From the NCBI GenBank assembly GCA_951406725.2, contig OX597816.1, forward strand, positions 15,190,001-15,254,000: 64,000 bases of DNA, written 5' to 3'. The notes under the pieces were generated by a model. That model was not told where the DNA came from, made no database searches, and worked only from the letters and a program-made list of their open reading frames with translations. Each line of letters begins with the position of its first letter. Within the stretch, counting starts at the first letter, position 1. This stretch comes from Octopus vulgaris. Its lineage: Eukaryota. Positions 25,406-39,439 of the stretch are shown in pieces. The translations under genes and the position numbers were made by a program.

Positions 25406-26399
25406 CTCAGCAGTATATATATATATATATATATATGAGGTGTGTGGCTTTTGTGTAACTATGGTTGTGTATTCTTCATATGTATCTCTGTATGTGTGTG
25501 TATATGAAGTGTGAAGGTGCATAAAGTCTTTATGTGCATTTGTGTTTGTGTGCAAGAGAGATTGTGTGTGTGTTTGCGTGTCTGGGAGTTAGTATATGCT
25601 TGAAATTCACGTGTGTTTGCTGATGGTGAACAAAAGGTTCTTTCAACCATGCCATTTGTTTTCAATTTTCAGTTTAAACAAGTCTGTGTAGTTTGTTGTC
25701 CAAAAGACTGGGAGATTACTGCCTCCCTTACAAACTAGTAGGGATTAGTGACAGGAAGAGCACCCAGCTACAGAAAACTCTGTCTTAATGCACATTTCTA
25801 TGAACAATGCGAGCATGGAAAAGTAAATGTTAAAATGACAGTAATGAAGGTGGTGATTGATGGTGGTCGTGATGATGATGATGATGAACATGGTGGTGGT
25901 GATGATGATGATAATGGTGGTGGTGGTGGTGGTGGTGGTAGTGGTTGCAGTTGTGGTGATGCTGCAGTTTTTTTGTACTGTAGATTTACCAACAGGTTTA
26001 TATCGCAACTATACAACAAAAGTTGCGTTTTTGATTACTTGATTAAGTAAAAAGACGAAAAAAAAAAAATTGATCTATCACAACAATAACAATGTTCTAA
26101 AATCAACATTGATCATTATTAACCAAAGGATATCATAAAGAAATTTTAAATGCTACACTTAAATCAGTTAAAATTAACATTTCTCATCATCAAAGTCAGC
26201 CATTTTCTTTTTTACTTTCACTTTCACATTTGATTTTTTTTTTGTATTATAGAGGAAATAGGGTTGTTATACAATGACTGCATGTAACATGTAGTGTTTG
26301 AATGTCTGTGAGTTGATTTAAGTGCATTATCATAAATTTTTAAATGAAAATTTTCCCTGAGTATTGTTTAATATTGATTTTAGAATCTGTATTTTCACT

Positions 26400-26680
26400 G
26401 ATGTACGATTGTCTTCTTCTTAATTTGAACTCTGATATAAATTTCTATTGTATGATTCTAACCTCCACTGTTGTTTCATATTAAGTTGTATTGATAATTT
26501 CCCATACACTACATCAACAGTGTCATCAATAAACAATAGACCCCTAATTAGCTTCTTGTGGCCAGATAAAGCCATATTGAGTTGAATTACTTGATTACAT
26601 TTTGACATTGCAGCAAAAGCCTATGTATGTGCCATTGTCATCACTATGAAGATTCTTGATGAATCATCAGAAAGGCTTTT
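26400..26680 (-). mobile_element. Very decayed RTE-like RT fragment
   Basis: KLIRGLLFIDDT resembles the RTE DLLFADD motif. Confidence 0.3.
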
Positions 26681-26883
26681 TCTTTTTCCTTTGCATCATT
26701 TTAACGTCCACTTTTCCATGCAAGCATGGGTCAGATGGAATCTTTTGAGGTAGATTTTTCTATGGCTGGACGCACTTCCAGTTGCCAACCTTTAACTGTC
26801 TCCAGCGAAGCTAATATTTCCTCATGGCCATTACATGACATCCCATAAGGCTGGAAATAAATGATGCTGCTTGTATGATGGTG

Positions 26884-27049
<166 letters not shown>

Positions 27050-27279
27050 TGTAAAGTGGCAAGCTCGAAGAATTGTTAGCATGCTGGGAAAAATGCTTAT
27101 GGTATTTCGTCTGTCACTATGTTCTGAATTCAAATTCTGCCAAGGTCGACTTTGCCTTTCATCCACTCGGGGTTGATGAATTAAGTACCAGTGAAAACAC
27201 TGGGGTGAATGTAATCAACTAGTCATCTCACCCAAATTTCAGGCCTTGTGCCAATAGTGGAAAGGATTATTATTATTAT

Positions 27280-27580
27280 TCTATGTTTGACTTTTGCTTT
27301 ATATTTGTACAAGTTGGCTCCAAGTCTCACCCAGAGACCCCAAGAGACAACAGGTTGGAAGTTCATGTTGTTGTTATGCCTAGTGTGCCATATATTGGTT
27401 TTGTATTTAGTGTTGTACAAGTGAATGCCTAAAAAAAAAAAAAAGCGAAAATTATGTTTGTTTTAAACCTTGAGATTGCATAGAAAGTATTTTGCGTAGG
27501 ATATGAGCAGTTCCCATGAGCACTATCTTTTGAATTTCTGCCATTTGTGCCATTTTTGCCATTTTTGCCATTTTTGCCAT
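27280..27580 (-). mobile_element. R4/Dong-type non-LTR 3' end in (TAA)n
   Basis: AEIQKIVLMGTAHILRKILS is the C-terminal motif of REL-endonuclease elements; flanked by TAA repeats. Confidence 0.75.
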
Positions 27581-27591
27581 TATTATTATTA

Positions 27592-27651
<60 letters not shown>

Positions 27652-27996
27652 GTGAAAACGTGTGACTTAGTGGTTGTGGTATTGCACTGGAGATCATGAG
27701 ATAATGGTTTCAGTTCATAAATTGAGCGAGGCATTGTGCTCTTGATCAAGCACTACATCCCACATTGCTCTGCAGTCGCTTTGACACCTGACAGGTGGTA
27801 CACCATGCACCTGTTTAGGCAATGTTGCTTCAATGGTGGAAGTCAGGTAATGTATGGAACATACATTTGATCATTATAAACAAATCATTTGTGCAAGTTG
27901 TTTGGCAAAAGCTGGATATTCATATTCATCCTCTTTGATGGAAGAGTCCATCATTATTATAAATTATTATTATTATTATTATTATTACTATTATTA

Positions 27997-28496
27997 TGGA
28001 GAGAGCAGTACATAGCATCAAGGTAACCCTGGGGTAAAATATATGAAGCCCAGTATACCCATCATGACTACCTGTCTGATAAGGGTATACCAGACATGTG
28101 TATCACAACCATATGTGCGTGACATGGAAATCTCATATGAAGATAAACAGTACATGACCTTGCAGGTGGGGCCCAGTTAGAATTTTCTTCAGGTCAAGTG
28201 GCCCATCCCAGTCAAAAGGTCCCTGTATGAGGGTTGTTTGAGGATGTTGAATGAAACACCCATGTTTCCAAAAGTGAATTATCCAAACCTCAAAGAATTC
28301 CTCTCAACACATGGCTATGATGCTCCCCCACTACTTCTGCTTGTGATCAGATACGCCCATATTGTCAGCCATTAAGGGACATGCTCAACTGATTAAGGTC
28401 AAACAAGTGACAAGCAAATCTGTGGTATTGAGCAGAATATTTTCTGTAGCCCTACTTTTATGCCAAGACAAAACAATGTACATGATAACACTTCTA

Positions 28497-28497
<1 letters not shown>
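27997..28497. mobile_element. ~500-bp interspersed element embedded in (TTA)n
   Basis: Second copy at 38578-39120, also in a (TTA)n context; non-coding. Confidence 0.8.
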
Positions 28498-28573
<76 letters not shown>

Positions 28574-29455
28574 TATCATTATTTGACATCTAGGATATAC
28601 AAAAAAATGTGACAAATGTTTTTGATTGTATTTCTGTTTGATCAAAGCATGCCTTGGGCTAAACAGCAACAACAACAAAACAACAATGACATGGCATCTT
28701 TAAACCATTTTTTTTGAGATCATCAGATATTAACGAAATAACAAAAGACAATCAATGCCATTTCACAAGTAATTTGTTTTTCTCTCGGTGTATGATATTA
28801 AGTAAAGGTGAGCCATTGTTCGGTAAAGAATTCCAATAAATACCTAATGTTATTGCAACATTCCACCTGAAACCATTTTTCTAGAAAAACATTGCTGTAG
28901 CCTTCTTGGTTTCCATTGACGTTGATGAATTTATTCACACTTTTTAGAAGAGGCTGAACTCAGTTCCTGAAATTAACGAAACACTCATCAATTATGCAGT
29001 ATTCCCACTGCTGATCTGCTAAGTTACAGGATATGAATATGGTAGAGTGTTTTACGAGTAATGTCAATGTAAACGCGGATATCAAGACATGTAAATATAT
29101 ACACATACACACAGATACACAGATACAGACACAGACAGACACACACACACATGCACACACATACACACACACACTCAAATACACACACACAGACACACAA
29201 CTATAATTAACTTTGTTGTGTGTGTGTGTAAATATATGCATACATGCATACACACACATATATAAATATACATACACTCTCATACATATATACATGCATA
29301 CATACATATATATATAAATATACAATGTGTAAAGATTATATATATATATATATATATAAAATATATATATATATAGAAAGAAAGAGAGAGAGAGAGAGAT
29401 ACACATTCATACATACCTGCATACATACATCTACATACATATACATGTGTGTAAA

Positions 29456-29504
<49 letters not shown>

Positions 29505-29639
29505 CACATATATGCACATATGCGTATGTGTGTACAGACACATATATTCCAAACTAAATCTTGGAACTCGCTTATAAATGGATATTTCACATGTGATGCT
29601 TTTAGTCCTGTACTTAGTATATTTTAAACCAGAGCAGCT

Positions 29640-30150
29640 TTCAAGATTCTTTAGTACAAAATATCTCACTCCAGCTTTTATGACATTTTCAACTTACAAT
29701 TTAAATCCTCTTGTTTATCGCAGTTTATCTTCTTGAACTCAGTATTACTTTAAACCAGGCTTTTAATTTAGTAGCAAGCCAGTAAATTTCAGGAATACTA
29801 CAAGGATCAGTTCTTAGACCACTTTTGGTGATTAATCTAGTTTCATTTTACTGAGTGCATCTTATCTTTTGGATTTTTTTTCTATTAATTTCTTAAGTTC
29901 TTTTTTTTTTTTGTGAATGACATAAATCTTTTAATCTTTTACTAATCTTTTAAATCTATTAAGAATTGTATCAAAATATGTTGAAGACTACTAAGCTGTG
30001 GTTAAAAGCAAATCAAACTTCCATTTCTCTTAATGCAAAGTGAAACAGTATTTGTCTTAAGTTCCATGCCAAGTTAAAATTTATATAAGAACTCAATGTT
30101 GGTACGGTAACATACCAGGTTAGGTCACAGTTTTCTAGTGCACTATTAAA
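29640..30150 (+). mobile_element. Decayed LINE RT fragment (CR1-like)
   Basis: SGILQGSVLRPLL corresponds to the GVPQGSVLGPLL motif. Confidence 0.5.
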
Positions 30151-30288
30151 AGCTTCTGAGCCTCAGCTTACACCGATAGCCTGTTTCAGGATCATAACAT
30201 AAAAAAAAAGAACTCAGTACATCAATTTACTGAAGCACTCATCAATTACACAGTGCTCCCATTGCTTACGGTAAAAAAGTCAAACATA

Positions 30289-30445
30289 GGCGCAGGAGTG
30301 GCTGTGTGGTAAGAAGCTTGCTTACCAACCACATGGTTCTAGGTTCATTCCCATTGCATGGCACCTTGAGCAAGTGTCTTCTACTATAGCCTCAGGCCGA
30401 CCAAAGCTTTGTGAGTGGATTTGGTAGACGGAAACTGAAAGAAGC

Positions 30446-30505
<60 letters not shown>

Positions 30506-30766
30506 TGTATGTACATATGTATGTATGTATGTATATATATGTTTGTGTGTCTGTGTTTGTCCCCCCCCCCCACTGTCACTTGACAACTGATGTTTGTGTG
30601 TTTACATCGCCGTAACCTAGTGGTTTCGAAAAAGAGACTAATAGAATGAGTACTAGGCTTACAAAGAATAAGTGCTGGGGTCGATTTGTTCAACTAAAGG
30701 TGGTGCTCCAGTATGGCTGCAGTCAAATGACTGAAACAAATAAAAGAATAGAAGAATAAAAGAATA
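30289..30766 (+). mobile_element. Full-length SINE family A
   Basis: ggcgcaggagtggctgtgtggtaag (A-box)...ggttcattccc (B-box)...internal (TA)n...3' aaagaat repeats. Further copies at 31650-32030(-), 36005-36420(-), 46185-46640(-) and 58090-58473(+). Confidence 0.9.
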
Positions 30767-32576
30767 CAAGGTTTCCTCTGTCCCACCATAGCTGCCATAT
30801 TTTTCAAATTCAGTGTATAACCAGGTTGAGGAAATATCAGATAAGCATTTGAAGGGCTGTTGTTTTTGCAACTTGCTGTGTTTCTTTTATTCTTTGAATC
30901 ATGGGGCCCTCTTTAGGTTTGCAAGTCACATGGTGACCTCATTGATGCAGGTGCCATGGAAAAAGCACCTACTACCCTCTGTAAAGTGGTTGTCGAATCA
31001 AGCAGAGACAATGTACAGTTGAGTAGACTCGTTAGCCTTCCTGAGGGTGTGAGGATCTCTCTAGTGCTGGGGTCATGAAAAAAATAAACCTAGTGAATTC
31101 TTATTTCTTTATTGCCCACAGGGGGCTAAAAATAGAGGGGACAAACAAGGACAGACAAAGGGATTAAGTCGATTACATCGACCCCAGTGCGTAACTGGTA
31201 CTTAATTTATTGACCCCAAAAGGATGAAAGGCAAAGTCAACCTCGGTGGAATTTGAACTCAGAACATAACGGCTCACGAAATACCACTGACGAAAAACCC
31301 AGTGAATTCTTTGAAGTGGTTGATGTTAGGAAGAGCAACTGGTGGAAGAACCCCCATGCCAAAACTAAGACATTGAAGAAGGGGAGAGGGAAGGGAAATG
31401 GAGGAGGAAGGGAAAGGCAGGAGGAACGAAAAGAGGAGGAGGAAGGGAAAAGGAAGAGGAAGGAGTAGGAGGAAGGGAAGGGGGTAGGAGAACTTCCATG
31501 GAGTCTTCAACAAGTGACTTAAGTGCTACAACAAGAGCATGGAAGTCAGAGGATGTTACTTTGAAGGAGAATAGGGTGTTGTACTTCACTGAAATAAATA
31601 AATGTATTTCCTAGAAAAGTTTCAAAACTTCTGGAATGTACCTTGAGTACTCTTTTATTTGTTTCAATCATGAGACTATGACCATGGTGGAGCACCGCCT
31701 TTAATCGAGCAAATCGACCCCAGGATTTATCCTTTGTAAGCCTTGTACTTATTCTATCGGTCTCTTTTGCCAAACCACTAGGTTACAGGGATGTAAACAC
31801 ATCAACATCAGTTGTCAAGTGACAGTGGGGGGACAAATACAGACACACAAACATATACACACAACGACGGGTTTCTGTCAGTTTCCGTCTACCAAATCCA
31901 CTCACAAGGCTTTGGTCGGCCCGAGGCTATAATAGAAGACACTTGCCAAAGGTGCCACACATTGGGAATGAACCTGGAACCTTGTGGTTTGTAAGCAAGC
32001 TACTTACCACACAGCCACTCCGACGCCTATAGTACCTAATTCAATATAAATCATCTCAACAACTTATCACCAGAATTTATGTTTATCTCTTCAAAGCTAC
32101 TACTGTTTTTTTCTCCCTCTTTCCCCTGAATGTGAGTGGATTTCTAGCTCCTCTGCCACAGCCCCTTTTTATATCTTAATCCTCATCTCCTAGCATAAAA
32201 CTACTCCACCATCCACCGTTCCTTGGGTTTCATAGTTTTGTGAGCTGTATGATGGTCTCACTAGTGCTGGTGGGTGAGAAAAATATTCAAATGTTTGGCA
32301 TTAAGAAGGTAATTGAACCATTAAAACATTACAAGATCAGACACTGGGACACAATGCAGTTGACAAGATTGACAGTTTGACAATGATTGGACCAATCAGA
32401 TCTTGTCAAACTGTCCAAATCACGCCAGTATGGAACGCAAACATTAACTGATTATGTGTGTGTGTGTATGTGTGTGTGTATGTAAGAAATAATTGAGATT
32501 CAGTCGAATTAAGTACTTAAGTTGAAGCACCAAATGAGTCTGGTATTATTCACACATCCCGAAGTAAGGTGAATAA

Positions 32577-32840
32577 AATCAAAATAAGCAACAAGATATG
32601 AAGAAGTGATGCAGTACGACTGTTTCAAGTGGCTCCATTTAATTGAACAATGCAATCATTACGTCAATTAACACAAATATGGCGAGAAGTGAAATGGCCA
32701 GACTTTATTGCATATTATTCCATTGTCATCATCATCATCATCTGCTTCTAAATTGATGTAATGATTGCATTGTTCAATTAAATGGAGCTGCTTGAAACGG
32801 TCATGCTGCATCACTATTTGATATTCTGTTGCTTATTTTG

Positions 32841-32844
<4 letters not shown>
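32577..32844. repeat. ~93-bp-arm imperfect inverted repeat
   Basis: 32577-32669 pairs with 32751-32844 (aatcaaaataagcaac...atgcaatcattac). Confidence 0.85.
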
Positions 32845-32887
<43 letters not shown>

Positions 32888-33069
32888 ATATAATAAATAT
32901 TAGGGAATAAATCCAAATTTACAGGGAAAAAATCAGATTTAGGATTAAATCCAATTTTATAGTAAAATATTATGTAATATTAATTAGAGACAAAACCACT
33001 ATTTTGCAAAACTTGTATTTTCCTTGTTTGTTTTGTTTTAAAATAAAATATTATAGTGGTTTTATCTTT

Positions 33070-33126
<57 letters not shown>

Positions 33127-33200
33127 GGGTAAATAATTTTTTCTAATTAATATTATAATATATGTATATATATATATAAAATTATTTACCCTTTTTGGCA

Positions 33201-33245
<45 letters not shown>

Positions 33246-33565
33246 GTATAATCCAAGTTGTGTCGTATATGGAGCCCACTTGTAAAAATAATTGTTGCCT
33301 GCCCTTTTAATTACTATTATATATATATATTTATACAAAAATTCTATAATTATAAGCTTAATTATAATTAGGGTTCAGCAAAAATTGCTTCACCACATAC
33401 CGAAATTTAGAAATAGCAGTTAAATACTATTCCACTACCATAAGATATCTCCCAGAACTCACACAGCTCTTTTGTATAAGGTTACTGATAATGATTCTTT
33501 TAACATACTGAACTACTTGGTAAATTATTAATTATCAATTAATTAATTAATTTTACACTTTATTA

Positions 33566-33624
<59 letters not shown>

Positions 33625-33625
<1 letters not shown>

Positions 33626-34312
33626 CGAACATTAGGCCACACCGAGGGAATGACTAGTGACCGAGACCTTTAGAAATATGCTGTGCGTGAGAAGACCCAG
33701 CAGAACAAGTGAGACCATAAGCCATGGCCTTTACCAGGGATGTAGACAGCCCACTTATGCATACCTTTCCTTCTTTGGACACAAAACTCTGCTTGCGAAG
33801 ACCTGTTGGGGCAAGTCAAATCAAAATCGAACCAAATTCGATGACTGGCACCCATGCCAGTGGAGTGCTAACAGTTCCATCCAAGCGGGATGACTACCAG
33901 AGCAGCTGTCTGGCTTCCATGCCGGTGGCACGTAAAAAACATCATTTGAGCATGATCGTTACCAGCGTCACCTTACTGGCACTTGTGCCAGTGGCACATG
34001 AACAAAACATTCAAGTGAGGTCATTGCCAGTGCCCCTGAAATGACTCCTGTGCAGGTGGCATGTAAAAAACACCATTTTCAAACGTGGCTGTTGCCAGTA
34101 CCGCCAGACTGGCCCTCATGCCAGTGGCACGTAAAAGCACCCACTACACTCTCGGAGTGGTTGGCGTTAGGAAGGGTATCCAGCTGTACAAACTCTGCCA
34201 GATCAGATTGGATCCTGGCGCAGCCATCTGGTTTGCCAGTCCTCAGTCAAATCATCCAACCCATGCTAGCATGGAAAGCGGACATTGAACGATGATGATG
34301 ATGATGATGATG
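33625..34312 (+). mobile_element. RTE LINE extreme 3' end with modular 3'UTR
   Basis: LGHTEGMTSDRDL*KYAVREK resembles an RTE ORF2 C-terminus, followed by repeated gtgccggtggcacgtaaaa modules and a (GAT)n tail. Confidence 0.7.
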
Positions 34313-35089
34313 ATATATATATATACAAAGCCCTTTCTCTCTTTTCTTGTGTTTCATAGTCTTGTGAGCTGTAGGGTGACCTTACTAGTCCTGGTGACAC
34401 AACAAAAGCACCCAATGCATACAGTAGAGGGATTGGTGTTAGGCAGGGCATCCAGCTGTAGAAATCAGGCCAAAACAGACACTAGAGCACAACGTAGTCC
34501 TTGGAGACATCACATCCTGTCAAACCATACAACTCACACCAGCACACAGGACACAGATGTTAAACGACAATGACGACGACGATGATGATGATAATGATGA
34601 TGATGATGGAATATAATGGAATAAAGTCCGTCCATTTCCACTTCTCACCGTGTTTGTGTTAACACATGAAAAATGACCAAAAGATTGAAATGAATGGAAT
34701 TAACATTGCAAATATGAAGTCCACAAATCAAAATCTACTTACTACACAATATTGACATTTTTGACTGGTCACATTGATTAGTGTCTGCTACTAGTGTTGT
34801 CTACAGTCTAAACGAGGGTGTGTGTGTGTGGGGGGGTGTATGTGTATGTGCAAGTGTGTGTTTATATATATATATGTGCGTTTGCTTATATATATATATA
34901 TGTACTTAATATATGTATTCACATAAACCTATGTATTTATATATGTATGTATGGTATGTATGCAATTCTTTATGTGTGTATATGCATAATGTATGAATAT
35001 CCATATATATGTATGTAAGTGTATATGAATGTATATACATGCGTACATACATACAGACATTCATAGATACAATTATGCATATATGTATG

Positions 35090-35134
<45 letters not shown>

Positions 35135-35147
35135 ATATATGTGTGTG

Positions 35148-35192
<45 letters not shown>

Positions 35193-35365
35193 GTATATAT
35201 ATATGTATATATATATGAATATATATATATATATTCATATACATATATATGTGTGTTTGTGTGTGTCTGTGTGTGTGTATAATTGTATGTGTATTTATAT
35301 ATGTACATGTAAGCTTGTGCTTTTGTATTTAAGCGCAAATATATGTATATGTATGTGTGTGTATG

Positions 35366-35410
<45 letters not shown>

Positions 35411-36498
35411 GCATATACTTATGTATGTATGCATGTATGTGCTTATGTATGCTTGTATATGCATATGTATGTACATACATACATGTGTATGTAAGTATGT
35501 ATATGTATGTATGCATATATGTATGTACGTACGTATGTATGTATGTATGTATGTATGTATGTACGTATGTGTGTATGTGCGTATGCATGATTTTCCCTGA
35601 GATTTATTTAAATTCTTCCCCACAGAATTCGAGCTGACACTAACTCAGTGACAAAGCTTCTTTGTTTGCGTTAAGACAGTTCTAAGAATTTATGACTATG
35701 TGAATGCCAGTTAATGTGTGTGTGCATATGTATATGCATGTTCCCTTATCATGCATTTAATTTCTCACACACACACACACACACATATATATGTATCAGG
35801 GCCTAGATTTCCATATATGGTGAGTTAATGAAGATATTTATGTATGTGTGGATGTGTTTGCATGAGCCTATTGGCTGTACAAGTGTCTTTAGTATAATAG
35901 TGCATCCTTGATTTACATATAGGTGTGTGTATGTGTGTATGTCTATGTATGTAAATGTATGTCTATATATATATGTGTGTGTATGTGTGTGTGTGTATAG
36001 ATATACTCTTTTCTCTTTTTACTCTTTTACTTGTTTCAGTCATTTGACTGCGGCCATGCTGGAGCACCGCCTTTAATCGAGCAACTCGACCCCGGGACTT
36101 ATTCTTTTGTAAGCCCAGTACTTATTCTATCGGTCTCTTTTTGCTGAACCGCTAAGTAACGGGGACATAAACACACCAGCATCGGTTGTCAAGAAATGCT
36201 AGGGGGACAAACACAGACACACAAACACACACATGCATATATATATACATATATACGACAGGCTTCTTTCAGTTTCCGTCTACCAAATCCACTCACAAGG
36301 CTTTGGTCAGCCCAAGGCTATAGTAGAAGACACTTGCCCAAGGTACCACGCGGAGGGACTGAACCCGGAACCATGTGGTTGGTAAGTCAGCTGCTTACCA
36401 CACAGCCACTCCTGTGCCTATGTGTATATATATATATACACATCAAAATGTAACCCTGTGTGAATCGTTGGCGATTTTCCTCCGTCTTCCTTTTCTGT

Positions 36499-37555
36499 TA
36501 TGTCATCCCATAAGTTCTGTCCGATTTTACCTTTTCTAAAATTGAATGAAATTTAATAGTATTTTAGAATGTCTAAAGGAATTAAAAATTATTTTTATGC
36601 ATTTGTGTATATTTAAACTAATTGAATATTATTTCACAGAATAATAGAATTAAAATTTCTTTGATTAACCCTTTTGTTACCAACCCGGCTGAAACTGCCT
36701 CTGGCTCTGAGTACAAATGTCTTGTTTTCCTAAGTTTTCAATTAAAATCTTCCACCAAACCTTAGTCACAATTTATGTTCCTAACACTAGCTGAATGATA
36801 ACTAAGTTATTTTACTAAATTCTTTGTTATATTTAAAGTAATTGAAAGAAACACAGAGCATCTCAAAATAAATTCAGTAACGAAAGGGTTAAAACCCTTT
36901 CTAACATGGAAGTATCCAAACCAAAGAGCATTTGAGACACATAATGCTTTATGAGTACAAAAAAGGAAACTCTGCAGCCAAAGCGACTCGAAACAGACAC
37001 TCAGTTTATGGGAAAGAATGCTTGAATGAAAGAAGTTGCAGAAGATGGTTTGCAAAATTCAGAAGTAGAGATTTCAGCCTTATCAGTTGAAGAATTGGCA
37101 ATAAAGCTCAGTTCAAACCATACAAATGTTCATCATCATCTTCAACAACTTGGAAAGGTTCCTAAACTTGGAAAATGGGTGCCTTGTAAATTGTCCAAAA
37201 GCAACCGCAAGTCCCAAGTTGACATCTGCTCTTCTCTCCATTCTCGTGAAATCATTTCACCCTTTTTGGATAGACTTGTGACTGGTGACGAAAAATGAAA
37301 CTTCTATCGAAATGTTAAATGTCATAAACAGTGGCTTGGTAAAAGGGAAAAGGCTCAACTTCAGCCAAGAAGGGAACTTCATGGGAAAAAGGTTCTTCTC
37401 TCTATCTGGTGGGATTGCATAGGAGTAATTCACTTTGAATTGTTACCACCTAATGCCACAATCAATTCTCAAGTCAGCAATTAGAACATTTGAACAAGCT
37501 TTGAAGAAAAAAAGACCCACTTTAGTGAATCGAAAAGGAATGATGTTTCATTTGG
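36499..37555 (+). mobile_element. Mariner transposase remnant
   Basis: LGKWVPCKL (WVPHEL), FLDRLVTGDEK and KVLLSIWWDCIGVIHFELL; stops and frameshifts. Confidence 0.85.
36669..36888. mobile_element. piggyBac-type MITE (TTAA TSD) nested in the mariner
   Basis: TTAA-cccttttgttac...gtaacgaaaggg-TTAA; inverted second copy at 60709-60929. Confidence 0.9.
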
Positions 37556-37759
37556 TAGAAGTTTTGATAGGAATGTTCCACCAGTATTCCTTGTTTTGCT
37601 ACATGTGTGTGTGTGTGTGTGTGCATCTATGTATGCATGTATGTATAGATGCTTGTAGATCATTGAGTGGGCGGGTCTGTATGTTGTGAATTATGTATAC
37701 ATATACATATATTTGTATGTATCATGGTGTCTAGATATCACATGCTAGACATTCAAAAT

Positions 37760-38160
37760 ATTTTACATATTTTCACAGTTTCATTAATACCCTGTTATCA
37801 TAATTTCTTAATTAGCCATGTGTTTCTTGTTTTGTGAAACTTAGATTCTTAAGATTGCTGCTGAAGCAGTTAAGTACACAAGCAAATATCTCATTAATTA
37901 CAGGTACAAATTTAAAGTTATAGTTTGCTCTCAATATCAACAGATTTCTCATTAAACCAGAACAGATGCTTTCATTTTCTTTTATCTTCAATATTTTGTT
38001 TATGTAGGCTAGACAACTGTTTTTTTTTACTGCTGTGCACACAGGCTTGTCTTTGTTGATCATTGCTATCTTCTCTCTGTTCCTAATCAATATATCTAGC
38101 CTGTTGTCTTCTCTTTGTTCCTGATCATTATATCTGGTACCGGTCAATGTGGTTGACTGG
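37760..38160 (-). mobile_element. Decayed REL-endonuclease non-LTR fragment
   Basis: DNRLDILIRNREK resembles the NRPD motif; YNFKFVPVI resembles the downstream PI-I motif. Confidence 0.5.
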
Positions 38161-38245
38161 GGGTCACTATAACTGATTAATGCCCTTTCACAAAATTTAT
38201 AGATTAACCTCTACTCTCAAAGTTTGGGCCTTTGGAAAGGGTTAC

Positions 38246-38284
<39 letters not shown>

Positions 38285-38462
38285 GCCGGCGGCACGTAAA
38301 AGCACCCACTACACTCTCGAAGTGGTTGGCATTAGGAAGGGCATCCACTTGTAGAAAATCTGCCAGATCAAGATTGAAGCCTGGTGCAGCCATCTGGTTC
38401 GCCAGCCCTCAGTCAAATCGTCCAACCCATGCTAGCATGGAGAGTGGACGTTAAACAATGAC

Positions 38463-38531
<69 letters not shown>

Positions 38532-38539
38532 CATTATTA

Positions 38540-38577
<38 letters not shown>

Positions 38578-38580
<3 letters not shown>

Positions 38581-39120
38581 GAGGGGTAGAGCAGTGCATG
38601 CCATCAAAGTGACACTGGGGTAAAATATACAAAGCCCAGCATACCCATCATGACTACCCGTCTGATAAGGGTACACCAGGCACATGCATCACAATCATAT
38701 GTGTGCAACATGGTGATCGCATATCAAGATAAACAGCAAATGACCTTGCAGGTGGGGCCCAGTTAGAATTTTCTTCCGGTCGAGTAACCCATCCCGCTCA
38801 AAATGTCCCTGAAAAAGGGTTGTTTAAGGATGTTGAAAGAACCACCCATGTTTCCAGAGGTGAATTATTCAAACCCCAAAGAATCCCTCTCAACGCAGGG
38901 TTATGATTCTCCTCCACTAATTCTGCTCATGATCAGAGATGCACACAATGTCAACCCCTTAGGGACATGCTCACTGGTTAAGGTCAAACAACTGACAAGC
39001 AAATCTGTGGTATTGAGCAGAATATTTGCTGTAGCCCATCTTTTATACCAAGACAAAACAATGTGCATGATAACACTTCCAATCAGTTAAGATGAGACGC
39101 CACGAGAGCCACTGCCGAGT
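38578..39120. mobile_element. Second copy of the ~500-bp (TTA)n-associated element
   Basis: Colinear with 27997-28497. Confidence 0.8.
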
Positions 39121-39157
39121 TCTTCTTCTTCTTCTTCTTCTTCTTCTTCTTCTTCTT

Positions 39158-39188
<31 letters not shown>

Positions 39189-39239
39189 TTATTATTGTTG
39201 TTGTTGTTGTTGTTATTATTATTATTATTATCATTATTT

Positions 39240-39397
39240 GATGAAAGCTCTCAGCTTATTTTGCTCGGTATGATGGAAAGTGTCAGCTGTCCACAGCCAG
39301 CGGACTAAGGTGACACTTGTTTGCTGATCATGCCTTGAGAACAGTGTGAAGAACTCTTGCAGTTCCAAGCAATGATGATTGCACTCTCTGAGTGCTT
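39240..39397 (-). mobile_element. R4/Dong-type 3' end
   Basis: SSLLGTARVLHTVLKA* on the minus strand; TAA-flanked. Confidence 0.6.
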
Positions 39398-39439
39398 TAT
39401 TATTATTATTATCATTATTATTATTATCATAATATTTTA

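Noticed and set aside
34117-34190. Twister or pistol ribozyme in family C
   Set aside because: Only a superficial resemblance (cgtg..cacg plus an A-linker); I could not identify the conserved twister or pistol core nucleotides and helices.
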